Source: Candidatus Peribacteraceae bacterium (GTDB taxonomy: Bacteria; Patescibacteriota; Gracilibacteria; Peribacterales; Peribacteraceae). Taken from it: 64,000 nt of DNA. Below the pieces are notes generated by a model that was given only the letters and a program-made list of their open reading frames with translations, had not been told where the DNA came from and made no database searches. The stretch spans positions 2,278 to 66,277 of the forward strand of contig JAGOTD010000005.1 of assembly GCA_018061945.1 (NCBI GenBank), read 5' to 3'. Shown piece by piece: positions 44,594-53,902 of this stretch. Both the position numbers and the translations under genes were made by a program. Each line of letters opens with the position of its first letter. The first letter of the stretch is position 1.

Positions 44594-45565
44594 GTGACAT
44601 ACGTTCTTCTTGGTAACTACGGCGTAGGCAACTTAGGCGACGAAGCGTTGCGTGATTACTTTCTCGCATCCTTTCCGTCTATCCATTGGAAGGTAGTTTC
44701 GGCTCGTCCATACGATGAAAACGAGTTGCCCCGACTGCCAGGCGGCCTTCGGTCTCTTTTTTCTCCGTGGTGGAAGGTTATTGGTGCTATCGCTAGAAGC
44801 GATGGTCTTGTTTTTGGCGGCGGCACTCTTTTTACCGATATTGAATCAGTCAAAGCCTGTTTTCTCTGGCATTCGTATGTTATGGTCGCTCGACTTTTTG
44901 GTAAAGATATCTTTTTTGCATTTCAAGGAGTTGGTCCTTTTCGGACAGGAATAGGCGAGAGCCTTGCTAAATCATCTTTTAAGCATGCTAGTTACATTTC
45001 TACGCGTGATCCTAAATCCTTTGAACGTGTGAATGGATGGATGCATGGAACAAGCTTTAAGACTACAAAAATTGTTCAAACATTTGATCCTGTTTTTTCT
45101 TTTGTTAAAACGCAAACAACCAATGTTCGATCAAATAATTTGATCATTATTCCTCGATCAAATTCGACGATGGAATTTTATACCAGAGCATTAAATACAG
45201 CAAAGTCCAAGCAGTGGGATGCCATCTCCATCTTGCTCATGCAGTCGCATGAAGAGAGCTATGCGAGTAACAGAATAAAAAATATGTTTGACAAGGGGCA
45301 GCGTATCGATGCCTATCCTGTGCATACCATCGGCCAGTTGATCCATATTGTCAAAACTGCCGGATTTGTACTCACCCAACGCTATCATGGTGCTATTTGT
45401 GCCATGGCCCTCGATGTACCATATGAGGCTATTCCGATGGTATCGGGCGATAAATTGGACATGGTGACAAAAATGGATCCGGCAAAGTGTGATGATTTGG
45501 TCAAAACTGGTCGTGACACGTTATTTGCAGCATTAGGAGAGAAAGGATCGACCCCTTCAACGTAA
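44594..45565 (+). CDS. Polysaccharide pyruvyl transferase (CsaB-like)
   Basis: GNYGVGNLGDEALRDYF at the N-terminus and the RYHGAI segment are present. GTG start. Confidence 0.75.
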   Translation: MTYVLLGNYGVGNLGDEALRDYFLASFPSIHWKVVSARPYDENELPRLPGGLRSLFSPWWKVIGAIARSDGLVFGGGTLFTDIESVKACFLWHSYVMVARLFGKDIFFAFQGVGPFRTGIGESLAKSSFKHASYISTRDPKSFERVNGWMHGTSFKTTKIVQTFDPVFSFVKTQTTNVRSNNLIIIPRSNSTMEFYTRALNTAKSKQWDAISILLMQSHEESYASNRIKNMFDKGQRIDAYPVHTIGQLIHIVKTAGFVLTQRYHGAICAMALDVPYEAIPMVSGDKLDMVTKMDPAKCDDLVKTGRDTLFAALGEKGSTPST

Positions 45566-45662
45566 AACGCTACACTTTCGGTGATTTTGGCTGTCGATTT
45601 CATGAATATCGGCATCCTGTCTTCTCGCAACTGATTGTCATCTTTGTCTTGTACTTTCTCCT

Positions 45663-47480
45663 ATGAATATCCGGAATTTCTGCATTATCGCCCATATCGA
45701 TCACGGAAAATCCACCTTGTCCGATCGTATGATCGAAATAACCAGTACCGTTGCCATGCGCGATATGAAGGAGCAGCTGCTCGATTCGATGGATTTAGAG
45801 CGTGAACGCGGCATTACTATCAAACTGCAGCCCGTACGAATGACGTACAAAGGACATCAGCTGAACCTCATCGATACCCCTGGTCATACTGACTTCCGTT
45901 ACGAAGTGAGTCGTTCTTTGGCGGCGTGCGAAGGTGCTATTTTGCTGGTCGATGCGTCGCAGGGCATTCAAGCCCAGACGCTTGCAGTGCTCTATATGGC
46001 CATGGAGCATGATCTCAAGATTATTCCGGTTCTTAACAAAATCGATCTGCCGGCAGCCGATGTGCCACGTGTGAGTGCCGAGGTTATCAAAATGCTTGGC
46101 TGTAAGCAGGAAGACATACTGGCAATTTCGGCCAAAGAGGGGACAGGTGTTGCAGCAGTGCTCGATGCGGTGATTGAGCGTATTTCCGATCCGCGTAAAA
46201 CCATCTCCACCGAAGGCAATGCTCGCGCACTTATTTTTGATGCAGTCATGGACGACTATCGCGGAGCGGTAACATACATTCGTGTTGTTGAAGGATCATT
46301 TAAAAAAGGCCAGATTGTGCATTTGCTCGGATCAAAAGTGAAATTTGAAGTGCAGGATGTCGGCCATTTCTCGCCGAAATACATTTCCGATGACAGTATT
46401 AACGACGGCGAAATCGGCTACATCGTGACCGGTCTGAAAGACGTTGGGCAGGCGCGCGTGGGTGATACTATCGCAGCGCAGGAATTTTCGCCGGCACTTC
46501 CCGGCTACACCAAAGTTCAGCCGATGGTGTTTGCCGGCATGTACCCAACCGACGCCGAAGAGTACCCGAAGCTGCGAACATCACTCGAAAAATTGTCGCT
46601 CAACGATGCGGCTCTCGAAATCGGTTACGAGCAAAACGTGGCTCTGGGAAACGGTTTTCGTGTAGGATTTCTGGGGCTTCTGCACATGGATATTATCCAA
46701 GAACGTTTGGAGCGCCAGTACGATTGCGACTTGATTATCACGGCGCCAAGCGTGCTGTACGAAGTACAGCTCAAGGCAGCGCGACCGGCGAGCGTGGTGC
46801 GCGCCAGTCTGCTGAAAATCGAAGATCCAACGATTGCACTTCTCAGTAACCCGGCCGACTTTCCGGATCCAACGTACATCGATGAAATTCGTGAGCCATG
46901 GATCAAGCTGGAGGTCGTGTGTAGGCAACAGGACATTGGTCCAACCATGCAACTCGTCCAGGAGCGACGCGGTATATATCTCTCGCTTGAGTACATCGAT
47001 GCCGATCGTGCGATTTTGCGGTTTGAAGTGCCGCTCAACAGCATCGTCTTGGACTTTTTTGATAAGCTCAAATCGTTTACTTCCGGTTACGCATCACTAA
47101 GCTACGAGCACTTGGGCTACAGGGCAGGGGATTTGGTGAAGATGGATGTTCTCCTTCTGGGCGAGCCTGCCGATGCACTCAGTACGATCGTTCATCGCAG
47201 CGAAGCGCACGATACGGGCGCGATTATTTGTAAGCAGCTGAAAGAAGTGATTCCTAAAGCTCAGTTTCAAATTCCGATTCAGGCTTCCATTGGGTCCAAA
47301 GTCGTTGCACGCGAAACAATTGCCGCTCTGCGTAAAGATGTGACCGGTTACTTGTATGGTGGCGACATTACGCGCAAAAATAAGTTGCTCGATAAGCAGA
47401 AGAAGGGCAAGAAACGTATGAAGCAAATGGGAAAAGTAACGCTCACGCAGGAATCGTTTTTGGCAGTACTTAAAAGATAA
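45663..47480 (+). CDS. lepA: Elongation factor 4 (LepA)
   Basis: IRNFCIIAHIDHGKSTL, DTPGH and NKID are present. The LepA C-terminal domain is also present. Confidence 0.95.
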   Translation: MNIRNFCIIAHIDHGKSTLSDRMIEITSTVAMRDMKEQLLDSMDLERERGITIKLQPVRMTYKGHQLNLIDTPGHTDFRYEVSRSLAACEGAILLVDASQGIQAQTLAVLYMAMEHDLKIIPVLNKIDLPAADVPRVSAEVIKMLGCKQEDILAISAKEGTGVAAVLDAVIERISDPRKTISTEGNARALIFDAVMDDYRGAVTYIRVVEGSFKKGQIVHLLGSKVKFEVQDVGHFSPKYISDDSINDGEIGYIVTGLKDVGQARVGDTIAAQEFSPALPGYTKVQPMVFAGMYPTDAEEYPKLRTSLEKLSLNDAALEIGYEQNVALGNGFRVGFLGLLHMDIIQERLERQYDCDLIITAPSVLYEVQLKAARPASVVRASLLKIEDPTIALLSNPADFPDPTYIDEIREPWIKLEVVCRQQDIGPTMQLVQERRGIYLSLEYIDADRAILRFEVPLNSIVLDFFDKLKSFTSGYASLSYEHLGYRAGDLVKMDVLLLGEPADALSTIVHRSEAHDTGAIICKQLKEVIPKAQFQIPIQASIGSKVVARETIAALRKDVTGYLYGGDITRKNKLLDKQKKGKKRMKQMGKVTLTQESFLAVLKR

Positions 47481-47547
47481 CGAAGTACGAATTGCGAATC
47501 ACGAATTACGACCTTTCGTAATTCGTGATTCGTGCCTCGTAATTCGC
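47481..47547. repeat. Word-array palindrome, family A
   Basis: cgaagtacgaattgcgaatcacgaattacga - ccttt - cgtaattcgtgattcgtgcctcgtaattcg. It lies between convergent genes. Confidence 0.85.
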
Positions 47548-47559
47548 TTTCAGTAAGTG

Positions 47560-48249
47560 CTAGTCCTCTTCCCGTTGCTTGTTCTTACCTTCTGCCAAGA
47601 GCATTTTTTCGATATGCGCCATGTAGGGCTCGATCAGCGTTTGGAGCACGCTTACGGTGAGCGGTTGCAGTTGCTCAAAGGCAACTGGTCGCTTGGATTG
47701 CTCAAAAAATTCTACCAAGACAAAGGTGGTAAGCTGTAACACTGTGCCGTCGATATTATTGGCATCCACAAGCAGTCGTTGCAAAATTTTGTCGCCATCG
47801 ATACTCATGATCAGTTGCAGACGTGTGATCCAGCTGATAAGCGCGTCGTTCATAGGCGCCGGCAAATGGCCGCTTTGCATGAGCGCGGTCGAAGCGTCCA
47901 TGGGAGTCGTGATCTGCACATTCTGGTCCTGAATGTATTCATTCACTGTTTCCATGGAAGTGTCGTGAATGAGCGACAGAATCGCCAAGATGAAAATAGA
48001 CGGACAATCACGCGCAACCAAACGCGAGATGAGTATGAACATATGCGTATGTTGATCATCGCCTAAAAACTGAATGATGGTTTTGGCAACTCTGTCGTCG
48101 CGCTTGCGCGACCGGCGTTCGTCCTTGGCTGCCTGCTTCATTTGCCGTGCCGCTGCCGCAAAACGCTCTTTCGCCTGCTCGGATAAGGCTTCGGCTGCGG
48201 ATCCCTGGCCTTCGCCGGGGACAAATGACTCTGAACCTGTTTCTGACAT
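47560..48249 (-). CDS. Hypothetical protein
   Basis: 229-aa ORF with a charged N-terminus followed by a helical domain. No family recognised. Confidence 0.65.
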   Translation of the reverse strand: MSETGSESFVPGEGQGSAAEALSEQAKERFAAAARQMKQAAKDERRSRKRDDRVAKTIIQFLGDDQHTHMFILISRLVARDCPSIFILAILSLIHDTSMETVNEYIQDQNVQITTPMDASTALMQSGHLPAPMNDALISWITRLQLIMSIDGDKILQRLLVDANNIDGTVLQLTTFVLVEFFEQSKRPVAFEQLQPLTVSVLQTLIEPYMAHIEKMLLAEGKNKQREED

Positions 48250-48292
48250 AGCAAAAGAATAGCGTGTAGGAAGAGTCTTGCAAACGGCAGCT

Positions 48293-48778
48293 TTAGGCTA
48301 CCTTCTTCTTCTCGGACTTTTTCTCAGCTGTCTTCATGTCGGATTTTACTTCTACCGACACGGGAGTGGTCTGATCGCCAATCTGCAAGCTGATGGTATA
48401 GACACCAATGTTTTTAATCGGCTCTTTTACCTTGATCTGTTCTGGAGCCAAATTGATGCCAAACTGGTTCTTGAGATTATCCGCGATCATCTTTTCCGAG
48501 ATAGCTGCGTAGAGCTTGCCTGCTTTGGAGGCCTTCTGCATAAACTGAAGGCTCTTGCCTGCGAGTACTTTGAGAGAAGAGGACTGGGCAGTTTTCTCAA
48601 GTTCACGCTCGAGGGCGCGCTTCTTGATCTGCTCAGCGTAGCGTCTGCGTACGTTTGGAGTAACCACAATTGCTTTGCGAGCAGGGAGCAGGTGGTTAAG
48701 GGCGTACCCATTTCCTACAATAATCAGGTCATTTTTCTTGCCGATGCCGGGGAGGTCTGATAACAATAATATTTCCAT
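48293..48778 (-). CDS. rplI: 50S ribosomal protein L9
   Basis: MEILLLSDLPGIGKKNDLIIVGNGYALNHLLP matches the L9 N-terminal domain. Start set at the ATG at 48778. Confidence 0.9.
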   Translation of the reverse strand: MEILLLSDLPGIGKKNDLIIVGNGYALNHLLPARKAIVVTPNVRRRYAEQIKKRALERELEKTAQSSSLKVLAGKSLQFMQKASKAGKLYAAISEKMIADNLKNQFGINLAPEQIKVKEPIKNIGVYTISLQIGDQTTPVSVEVKSDMKTAEKKSEKKKVA

Positions 48779-48912
48779 GGCTGAATTGTAATGCAAAAGT
48801 GCGTAAAAGCATAGGGAAAGTCCTGTGCCCTGACAAGGGCTCTTTTTGAGCTAAGGTTTGCGCTTTGTGTTATCGAATATTCATCGGATATTAAAAAGAT
48901 TTAATCTGAGAA

Positions 48913-49112
48913 AGAAGACTCAAAGGACTCAGATGACTCAAAAGACTCAAAGGAATGTTGATACATGCATTACCGTATTCCTCAGAGATAATTATGAGAG
49001 TACAAACCAAATAATGCTTGAGTCTGCATAGCTTTCCTTTGAGTCGTCTGAGTCATTTGCTTCCTCCCATTCTGGGCCTGAGGGCACATCAGGGCCTCGA
49101 ACGGCTGAGTCC
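48913..49112. repeat. Family B inverted pair plus GGGCCTGAGGGC module
   Basis: The left arm is at 48913-48957 and the right arm at 49036-49060. These are followed by gggcctgagggcacatcagggcctcgaacggctg at 49074-49108. Confidence 0.85.
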
Positions 49113-49125
49113 TTTTGACTTTACT

Positions 49126-51378
49126 CTAATTATGAAACGGCAGTGTAATGAGCCAGTAAGGGAACGAGAGCCAGCTTTTTCCAGCTTTGAAATGCCTTTC
49201 AGTCGTGATAAACCAGTCGCTGACTGACGTAAGACGATCGGAATGGAGCGCGAGGTTGCCGAGCTTAATACCCTGAATTTCATTATCGTAGGCAGTGATA
49301 TACAGAGGGGAATACAGGAAGATGGCCGGAATATCCTTCTTCATGATTTCGTTGAGCTGGTTGAGCGCCTTGCTACGCGACTCGCCGCTGGATGTTTCGC
49401 GAATACGGCTTAAGAGTGCGTCGGATTCGAAGGATGCGTATTGCGATAGGTTGAAGGCATCGAGCTTGAGGTTTTTCTTGTCGTCGGTCTTTTCCTGAAT
49501 CTGGCTGGAATGCCAGTAGGGATAGCTGTCTAAGTTATCCAGTAGCGATTGGCCAAACAGTAGAATGTCATAATCGCGGCTGAGCATGCGGTCTTCGAAC
49601 TCTTTTTTGGTCTCGGGCACGATAATTTTTACGTCCACACCGATTTTCTGCCACTGGGTACGAATGATCTCGGCTACTTTACGATAGTTTTCTGGTGTCT
49701 TACTCGTGAGAATGGTCAGCTTGAGCTCCTTGCCATTAACAGAATTGATGCGTGTGTGCGGCAAGTCGGTCGGTTTGCGGCGAATGAGGTAACCTGTCAC
49801 ATCTAGATACAGATCATCAGTGGAAACGCGATCGATATCGACTGCCGCTTTCTTGCTGCGCAAAAACTGGTCGACTAATCGCTGTTCGCTATCGGCCAAC
49901 TGAAAGCGTTTGGCATCGGCAAACCGTTCGATGTAAGCCGTATCGAGTACTTTGCCATTGTCTCGCATCAGTCGTATAACGTTCGAGCCAAGACGCAGAG
50001 CGCCGCTTTGGGTTGGGGAAGTAGGCAGTTCGACCAGCCAGCTGCCGCTCATGGTGGGAGTGCGACGCGCGAGTGGGAGCGTTGTGCCACTCAAAAGCCG
50101 AATGCCATTTATACTCGCAGCTCCTCGCGCCTCGGTAATGGAGCCGGTAATAGTAAGGAGGGCACCGGTTTCTAAAAGAGCTATATGCTGAACGCCATGC
50201 AATGGACCGACTGCATTGGTTTCGCGCTGTTGCAACAGTGTCTGGAGGCGCATTTTCTCGGGCACAACCCAGTTGGACGCAAAGAGTGCGCCTTGCGCCG
50301 CTGTTGGATCAAATTTGTAGCGCCAATCACTCAAATCAATTTCGGCCAATGGCGTATCGACGATATTTGTTTCGTGAACCGTATCTACTATTTCCTGTTT
50401 GTTAGTTGCCAGCTGCAACCCTAAGCGCAGTGTTTTGTCGGAGAACACATCGTGATCCAGATTGAAAAAAAGTCCGACGTATTGGGGCAGGGTATAGGAA
50501 AGAGGCTTAAAGCGCTGGGGCAAAATTGGCTTACCTTTATCGTTTCTTGCAACCAGACGCACGCCGTTGACGTTCATGATATCCGATAGAAGCAGTGAAT
50601 AGTTGTTAAACACCCGAAAGACGATGCGATCTATCTTGTATTCTTTGAGTCCTGGTCGAGTAAAGCGCCTGAGTGTCACTTCCGTCGATGTATCGGACTG
50701 CATCAAGCTGACAAATTCATACGGCCCTGCACCGACAGGCTTGAGGCCAAAATCAATCGTCTGGTCCAGTTTGCTCACAGGAATGCGATCGAATGATGCC
50801 GCAGGTAATAGGCCGAGTGTTAAGTTGCTCGGAAAAAAAGAGTACGGCTTATCCAGCTTAAACCGTACCGTACGACTATCGATCTTTTCGATGGTGATGC
50901 CGCGGAAATTCTGATGCAGGATGGGATTGGGGAATTCCGGATCCTGAATCGTCTTAAAGGTAAACAGCACGTCATCTGCGGTAACAGGATGTGGACGTAC
51001 AGTCGTCGTATCGTGCCAGAAGAGCTTGTCTTTGAGAGTGAGGGTGTAGATTTTATTGTCATCGGACACTTTCATGGTTGCCAGATCTTCCTCGATTTTA
51101 CCGGTTAAGGCGTTGTATTTCATAAGACCGGCAAACACCAGCGAGACAATATCGTGATTTACGTCGTTGGTAATGGTAAACCACGGATTGAGCGGTGAGA
51201 TATCGCCAACCGACGCTTCTATATAGGTGCCTCCTTTTATGGCGACTTTATCGGTATTGTTTACATAAAACAGTCGCAATAATCCGGTGAAACTGATGAT
51301 AAAGATCATGCATAAAACTCCCAGCGCAATGCGCTCGGCACGAGTCATGGCCGCTATAAGACGAAGAAGTGCTTGCAA
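49126..51378 (-). CDS. ABC-transporter substrate-binding protein, family 5 (peptide/nickel type), membrane-anchored
   Basis: There is an N-terminal TM, then KGGTYIEASVGDISPLNPW... with the typical SBP_bac_5 layout. Length is 750 aa, including insertions. Confidence 0.8.
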   Translation of the reverse strand: MQALLRLIAAMTRAERIALGVLCMIFIISFTGLLRLFYVNNTDKVAIKGGTYIEASVGDISPLNPWFTITNDVNHDIVSLVFAGLMKYNALTGKIEEDLATMKVSDDNKIYTLTLKDKLFWHDTTTVRPHPVTADDVLFTFKTIQDPEFPNPILHQNFRGITIEKIDSRTVRFKLDKPYSFFPSNLTLGLLPAASFDRIPVSKLDQTIDFGLKPVGAGPYEFVSLMQSDTSTEVTLRRFTRPGLKEYKIDRIVFRVFNNYSLLLSDIMNVNGVRLVARNDKGKPILPQRFKPLSYTLPQYVGLFFNLDHDVFSDKTLRLGLQLATNKQEIVDTVHETNIVDTPLAEIDLSDWRYKFDPTAAQGALFASNWVVPEKMRLQTLLQQRETNAVGPLHGVQHIALLETGALLTITGSITEARGAASINGIRLLSGTTLPLARRTPTMSGSWLVELPTSPTQSGALRLGSNVIRLMRDNGKVLDTAYIERFADAKRFQLADSEQRLVDQFLRSKKAAVDIDRVSTDDLYLDVTGYLIRRKPTDLPHTRINSVNGKELKLTILTSKTPENYRKVAEIIRTQWQKIGVDVKIIVPETKKEFEDRMLSRDYDILLFGQSLLDNLDSYPYWHSSQIQEKTDDKKNLKLDAFNLSQYASFESDALLSRIRETSSGESRSKALNQLNEIMKKDIPAIFLYSPLYITAYDNEIQGIKLGNLALHSDRLTSVSDWFITTERHFKAGKSWLSFPYWLITLPFHN

Positions 51379-51607
51379 AAGGGAAGAGGGAGAAAAACTC
51401 TCTTAAACTTAGGAGACAGCATATCATATGGCTTCGCATTATAAACACCATTAAAGATGCGAGTTTCATATTCGGAATATCCGCGTAGCGCTTCGTCGAT
51501 ACTCAAGTGACATCCAGACAAGGGATATGTGATCTTTCTATAGCAAATCCGTATCAGAGATAGGACTTGTCATCACCTATTGATGAAGCAAATTTTTGGG
51601 ATGTCTG

Positions 51608-51829
51608 TTATGCGCCGCGGTACATTTGATACGTGGCGATTGCAAAGAATGCGACAGCAATCCAGATGGTCATGGTAAAGAGCACTTTTTCTGCGCCTCT
51701 GCGCTGGACGTACGTGGTGCCAGCTCCGCCGAATGTGGCAGACAAGCCGGATGCTCTGTGTTGCAACAAGATGAACACCGAGAGAAGGAGGGACAAAATT
51801 ATCTGAATGGTCATGAGAATGTTCGACAT
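51608..51829 (-). CDS. secG: Preprotein translocase subunit SecG
   Basis: 73 aa with two TM helices. The LLQ..sGL....FGG segment is present. Confidence 0.8.
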   Translation of the reverse strand: MSNILMTIQIILSLLLSVFILLQHRASGLSATFGGAGTTYVQRRGAEKVLFTMTIWIAVAFFAIATYQMYRGA

Positions 51830-51882
51830 AGTGAGGCTATAGTACAGCAGAGAGTGGGGATTGGCAAAACAGGAATTGGAAA

Positions 51883-51959
51883 GAACGTAGAATGTAGAAC
51901 GATAGAACGTAGGGATTTTTTTGTATTCTATGTTCTACATTCTCAGTTCTACGTTCTTC
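51883..51959. repeat. Word-array palindrome, family D (GTAGAAC words)
   Basis: gaacgtagaatgtagaacgatagaacgtagg - gattttttt - gtattctatgttctacattctcagttctacgttc. Confidence 0.85.
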
Positions 51960-52192
51960 AACAGGCCTTCTTTTTTATCTTTCGTCCACTTCTTCACTTC
52001 CGCTTCACGTTTTCTGGCTTCCGATAATGTGTCGAATTCTTCCGAGTAGATTATTTTGATAGGGGAGCGGCTGCGCGTGTATTTGGCGCCTGTGCCGGCG
52101 TTATGCTTTTCCTCGCGTTCTTGCAGATTGAGGCACGTTCCGGCATAGAGCGAGCAGTCGGCGCAGCGGGCGAGGTAGAAGAAGTGGGGCAT
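51935..52192 (-). CDS. GIY-YIG nuclease-family small protein
   Basis: FFYLARCADCSLYAGTC...HNAGTGAKYTRSR.PIKIIYSEEF...AEVKKW matches the stand-alone GIY-YIG pattern. The last codons are supplied by the family D repeat. Confidence 0.8.
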   Translation of the reverse strand: MPHFFYLARCADCSLYAGTCLNLQEREEKHNAGTGAKYTRSRSPIKIIYSEEFDTLSEARKREAEVKKWTKDKKEGLLKNVELRM

Positions 52193-52423
52193 ACGACTAT
52201 AGTACACGTTTACTATTGATCATATGGTGCATGCACGAATGCTTTGTGCTGTTTTTCCAGCATGCCTTTCGAGTGAAGTTATTTGTTAGCTAAAGCCACG
52301 TAAAGCTCGCGTGATGTTTTCATTGCCAGATCTAGTTGGCTGCGCTACGCGTGGCGCAGCCTTTGTGGAAGTATTGCCCCACTTCGCTAAAGCTACGCGG
52401 GGCACACTCCGCTGCGCGAAGTG

Positions 52424-52507
52424 TGGTGGGCGCCAAGGGATTCGAACCCCTGACCCTCTCGGTGTAAACGAGATACTCTAACCATCGGCCTAGGCCGATA
52501 GGCGCCC
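52424..52507 (-). pseudogene. Variant tRNA-Val(TAC) copy with a palindrome-substituted D arm
   Basis: It is identical to the intact copy from the anticodon arm to CCA. Positions 10-16 (GCTCAGC) are replaced by TCGGCCTAGGCCGA and GAGCA becomes GAGTA. The D stem cannot form, giving 84 nt. Confidence 0.75.
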
Positions 52508-52744
52508 TATCACTTGTTTCAAGAAAACCCTCCCTTTACCAGTTTTGAAGAATTTTTCTTTCAGTATTGCTTCTTTTTTAGTTCCAAATTCTTCTTTGTA
52601 TACAAGCTTCCATGGCCCTCTTTTTGATGTATAGGATGCAAAACTATCATCTGTATTATGCTGCAGTAAACGATGTTCAATATTTTCTGAGTAGCCTTTA
52701 TAAAGAATGCCCTCGGCATTCTGAAGAACATACACGTAATGCAT
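52490..52744 (-). CDS. GIY-YIG nuclease-family small protein
   Basis: MHYVYVLQNAEGILYKGYSENIEHRLLQHN...GPWKLVYKEEF...A...EK.FKT is a GIY-YIG pattern. Start set at the ATG at 52744, because the track start would translate the intact tRNA. The stop codon lies inside the palindrome of the variant tRNA. Confidence 0.8.
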   Translation of the reverse strand: MHYVYVLQNAEGILYKGYSENIEHRLLQHNTDDSFASYTSKRGPWKLVYKEEFGTKKEAILKEKFFKTGKGRVFLKQVIGRLSA

Positions 52745-52766
52745 ATCGTGAGTGAAAGATATGAAA

Positions 52767-52843
52767 TGGTGGGCGCCAAGGGATTCGAACCCCTGACCCT
52801 CTCGGTGTAAACGAGATGCTCTAACCAGCTGAGCTAGGCGCCC
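52767..52843 (-). tRNA. tRNA-Val (anticodon TAC)
   Basis: Manual cloverleaf. Acceptor is GGGCGCC/GGCGCCC. D arm is GCTC-AGCTGGTTA-GAGC. Anticodon stem is TCTCG/CGAGA with loop TTTACAC. T arm is AGGGG-TTCGAAT-CCCTT. CCA is encoded. Confidence 0.9.
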
Positions 52844-52864
52844 TATAGATGACAGTGATTTTAA

Positions 52865-52904
52865 TGGTGGGGCTCTAACCATCGGCCTGGGCCGATAGGC
52901 GCCC
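52865..52904 (-). pseudogene. tRNA-Val(TAC) 5' fragment with the palindrome, fused to CCACCA
   Basis: The minus strand reads GGGCGCCTA-TCGGCCCAGGCCGA-TGGTTAGAGCC-CCACCA. It lies 21 nt upstream of the intact tRNA. Confidence 0.75.
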
Positions 52905-53012
52905 AATTTCTTTTTGAAAGCCACGCTACTCTAATAGTTCTCTCGCTCTCTGTCTATACGAGCATCGAGGATCTTTCTTGTCTGTTGTTTCATCGCGCGT
53001 AAGATTGTCTGT

Positions 53013-53327
53013 ATGACACAGCGATCACGATTGATGTTTTACCGCGCGGCAATCACGGTTGTATTGGTTGGATCGGCAATGCTGTGCGCATATAGCTTCT
53101 TTCCATTATTGTCGATGTCGCCATTTGTTGCGGCGCATGAGCCAGTCGATATCAGTATTCTGCTCTTTCATTTTGTGATGGCTATTCTGGCAGCACTGAG
53201 CAGTGGAATTGGCGCTATTATCGCTTTTCGGTTACTCAAGAAGGAAGAGGGGATGGTTCTTGGTTCATTGCTTGTTTTCGTACTCTCGGCGTCACTTGCG
53301 AGTCTGTCGCGCGTGTCTTTTCTCTAA
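53013..53327 (+). CDS. Small membrane protein
   Basis: 104 aa with three hydrophobic helices. Confidence 0.6.
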   Translation: MTQRSRLMFYRAAITVVLVGSAMLCAYSFFPLLSMSPFVAAHEPVDISILLFHFVMAILAALSSGIGAIIAFRLLKKEEGMVLGSLLVFVLSASLASLSRVSFL

Positions 53328-53503
53328 ATCTCATTTTTAACTAAATCGTCGATATGGCTGTACAATCGTAATTGAAACAGCGATTTGGCAGTCGCTGCTG
53401 CGGGAATTGGTATAAAACGCCTCAATCTGCCTCTTTCCATAATGCTATTGCCTGCTTTGTGTGTGTTGGATACACTCTTGCGGCCTCTTAACGCCCATTT
53501 TGT

Positions 53504-53818
53504 ATGTTTGCTATCGTCGATATTGCCGGTTTCCAGGAGAAAGTAGAGCCTGGTATGAAACTACGTGTTCCGCTTCTGAAAGCCACTATTGGTGACACTG
53601 TCACCTTCGATAAAGTGATGCTTGTCTCCAAGTCGGATACCGATGTTGTAGTGGGAAAGCCCTACGTAACAGGTGCGTCTGTCACAGCGATGGTCAAAGA
53701 GCATGGTCAGGGCGACAAAATCCGTGTTTTCAAGTTTAAGCGCCGCAAGCGTTACCAGAAAACACAGGGTCACCGTCAGGATCACACCGATATCGAGATT
53801 GTGGATGTAAAGGCTTAA
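53504..53818 (+). CDS. rplU: 50S ribosomal protein L21
   Basis: MFAIVDIAGFQEKVEPG...KVMLV...KFKRRKRYQKTQGHRQ matches the L21 pattern. Confidence 0.9.
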   Translation: MFAIVDIAGFQEKVEPGMKLRVPLLKATIGDTVTFDKVMLVSKSDTDVVVGKPYVTGASVTAMVKEHGQGDKIRVFKFKRRKRYQKTQGHRQDHTDIEIVDVKA

Positions 53819-53902
53819 TGAGGATGAAAAGGAGGAGAAGATGAGAGGAATAGAGGATTCGATGTATTTATCGATCGGAAATTTTTGCTCTATAATTTCT
53901 CT

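Noticed and set aside
52424-52843. Group I intron or intron-encoded endonuclease inside a split tRNA-Val
   Set aside because: The intact tRNA is complete and contiguous. The GIY-YIG gene lies between two separate copies, not in an anticodon loop, and I could see no intron core structure.
52745-52924. Long version (144 aa) of the GIY-YIG ORF
   Set aside because: The extra 60 codons are the reverse-strand reading of the intact tRNA-Val(TAC) and the upstream fragment. The GIY-YIG motif begins at the internal ATG.
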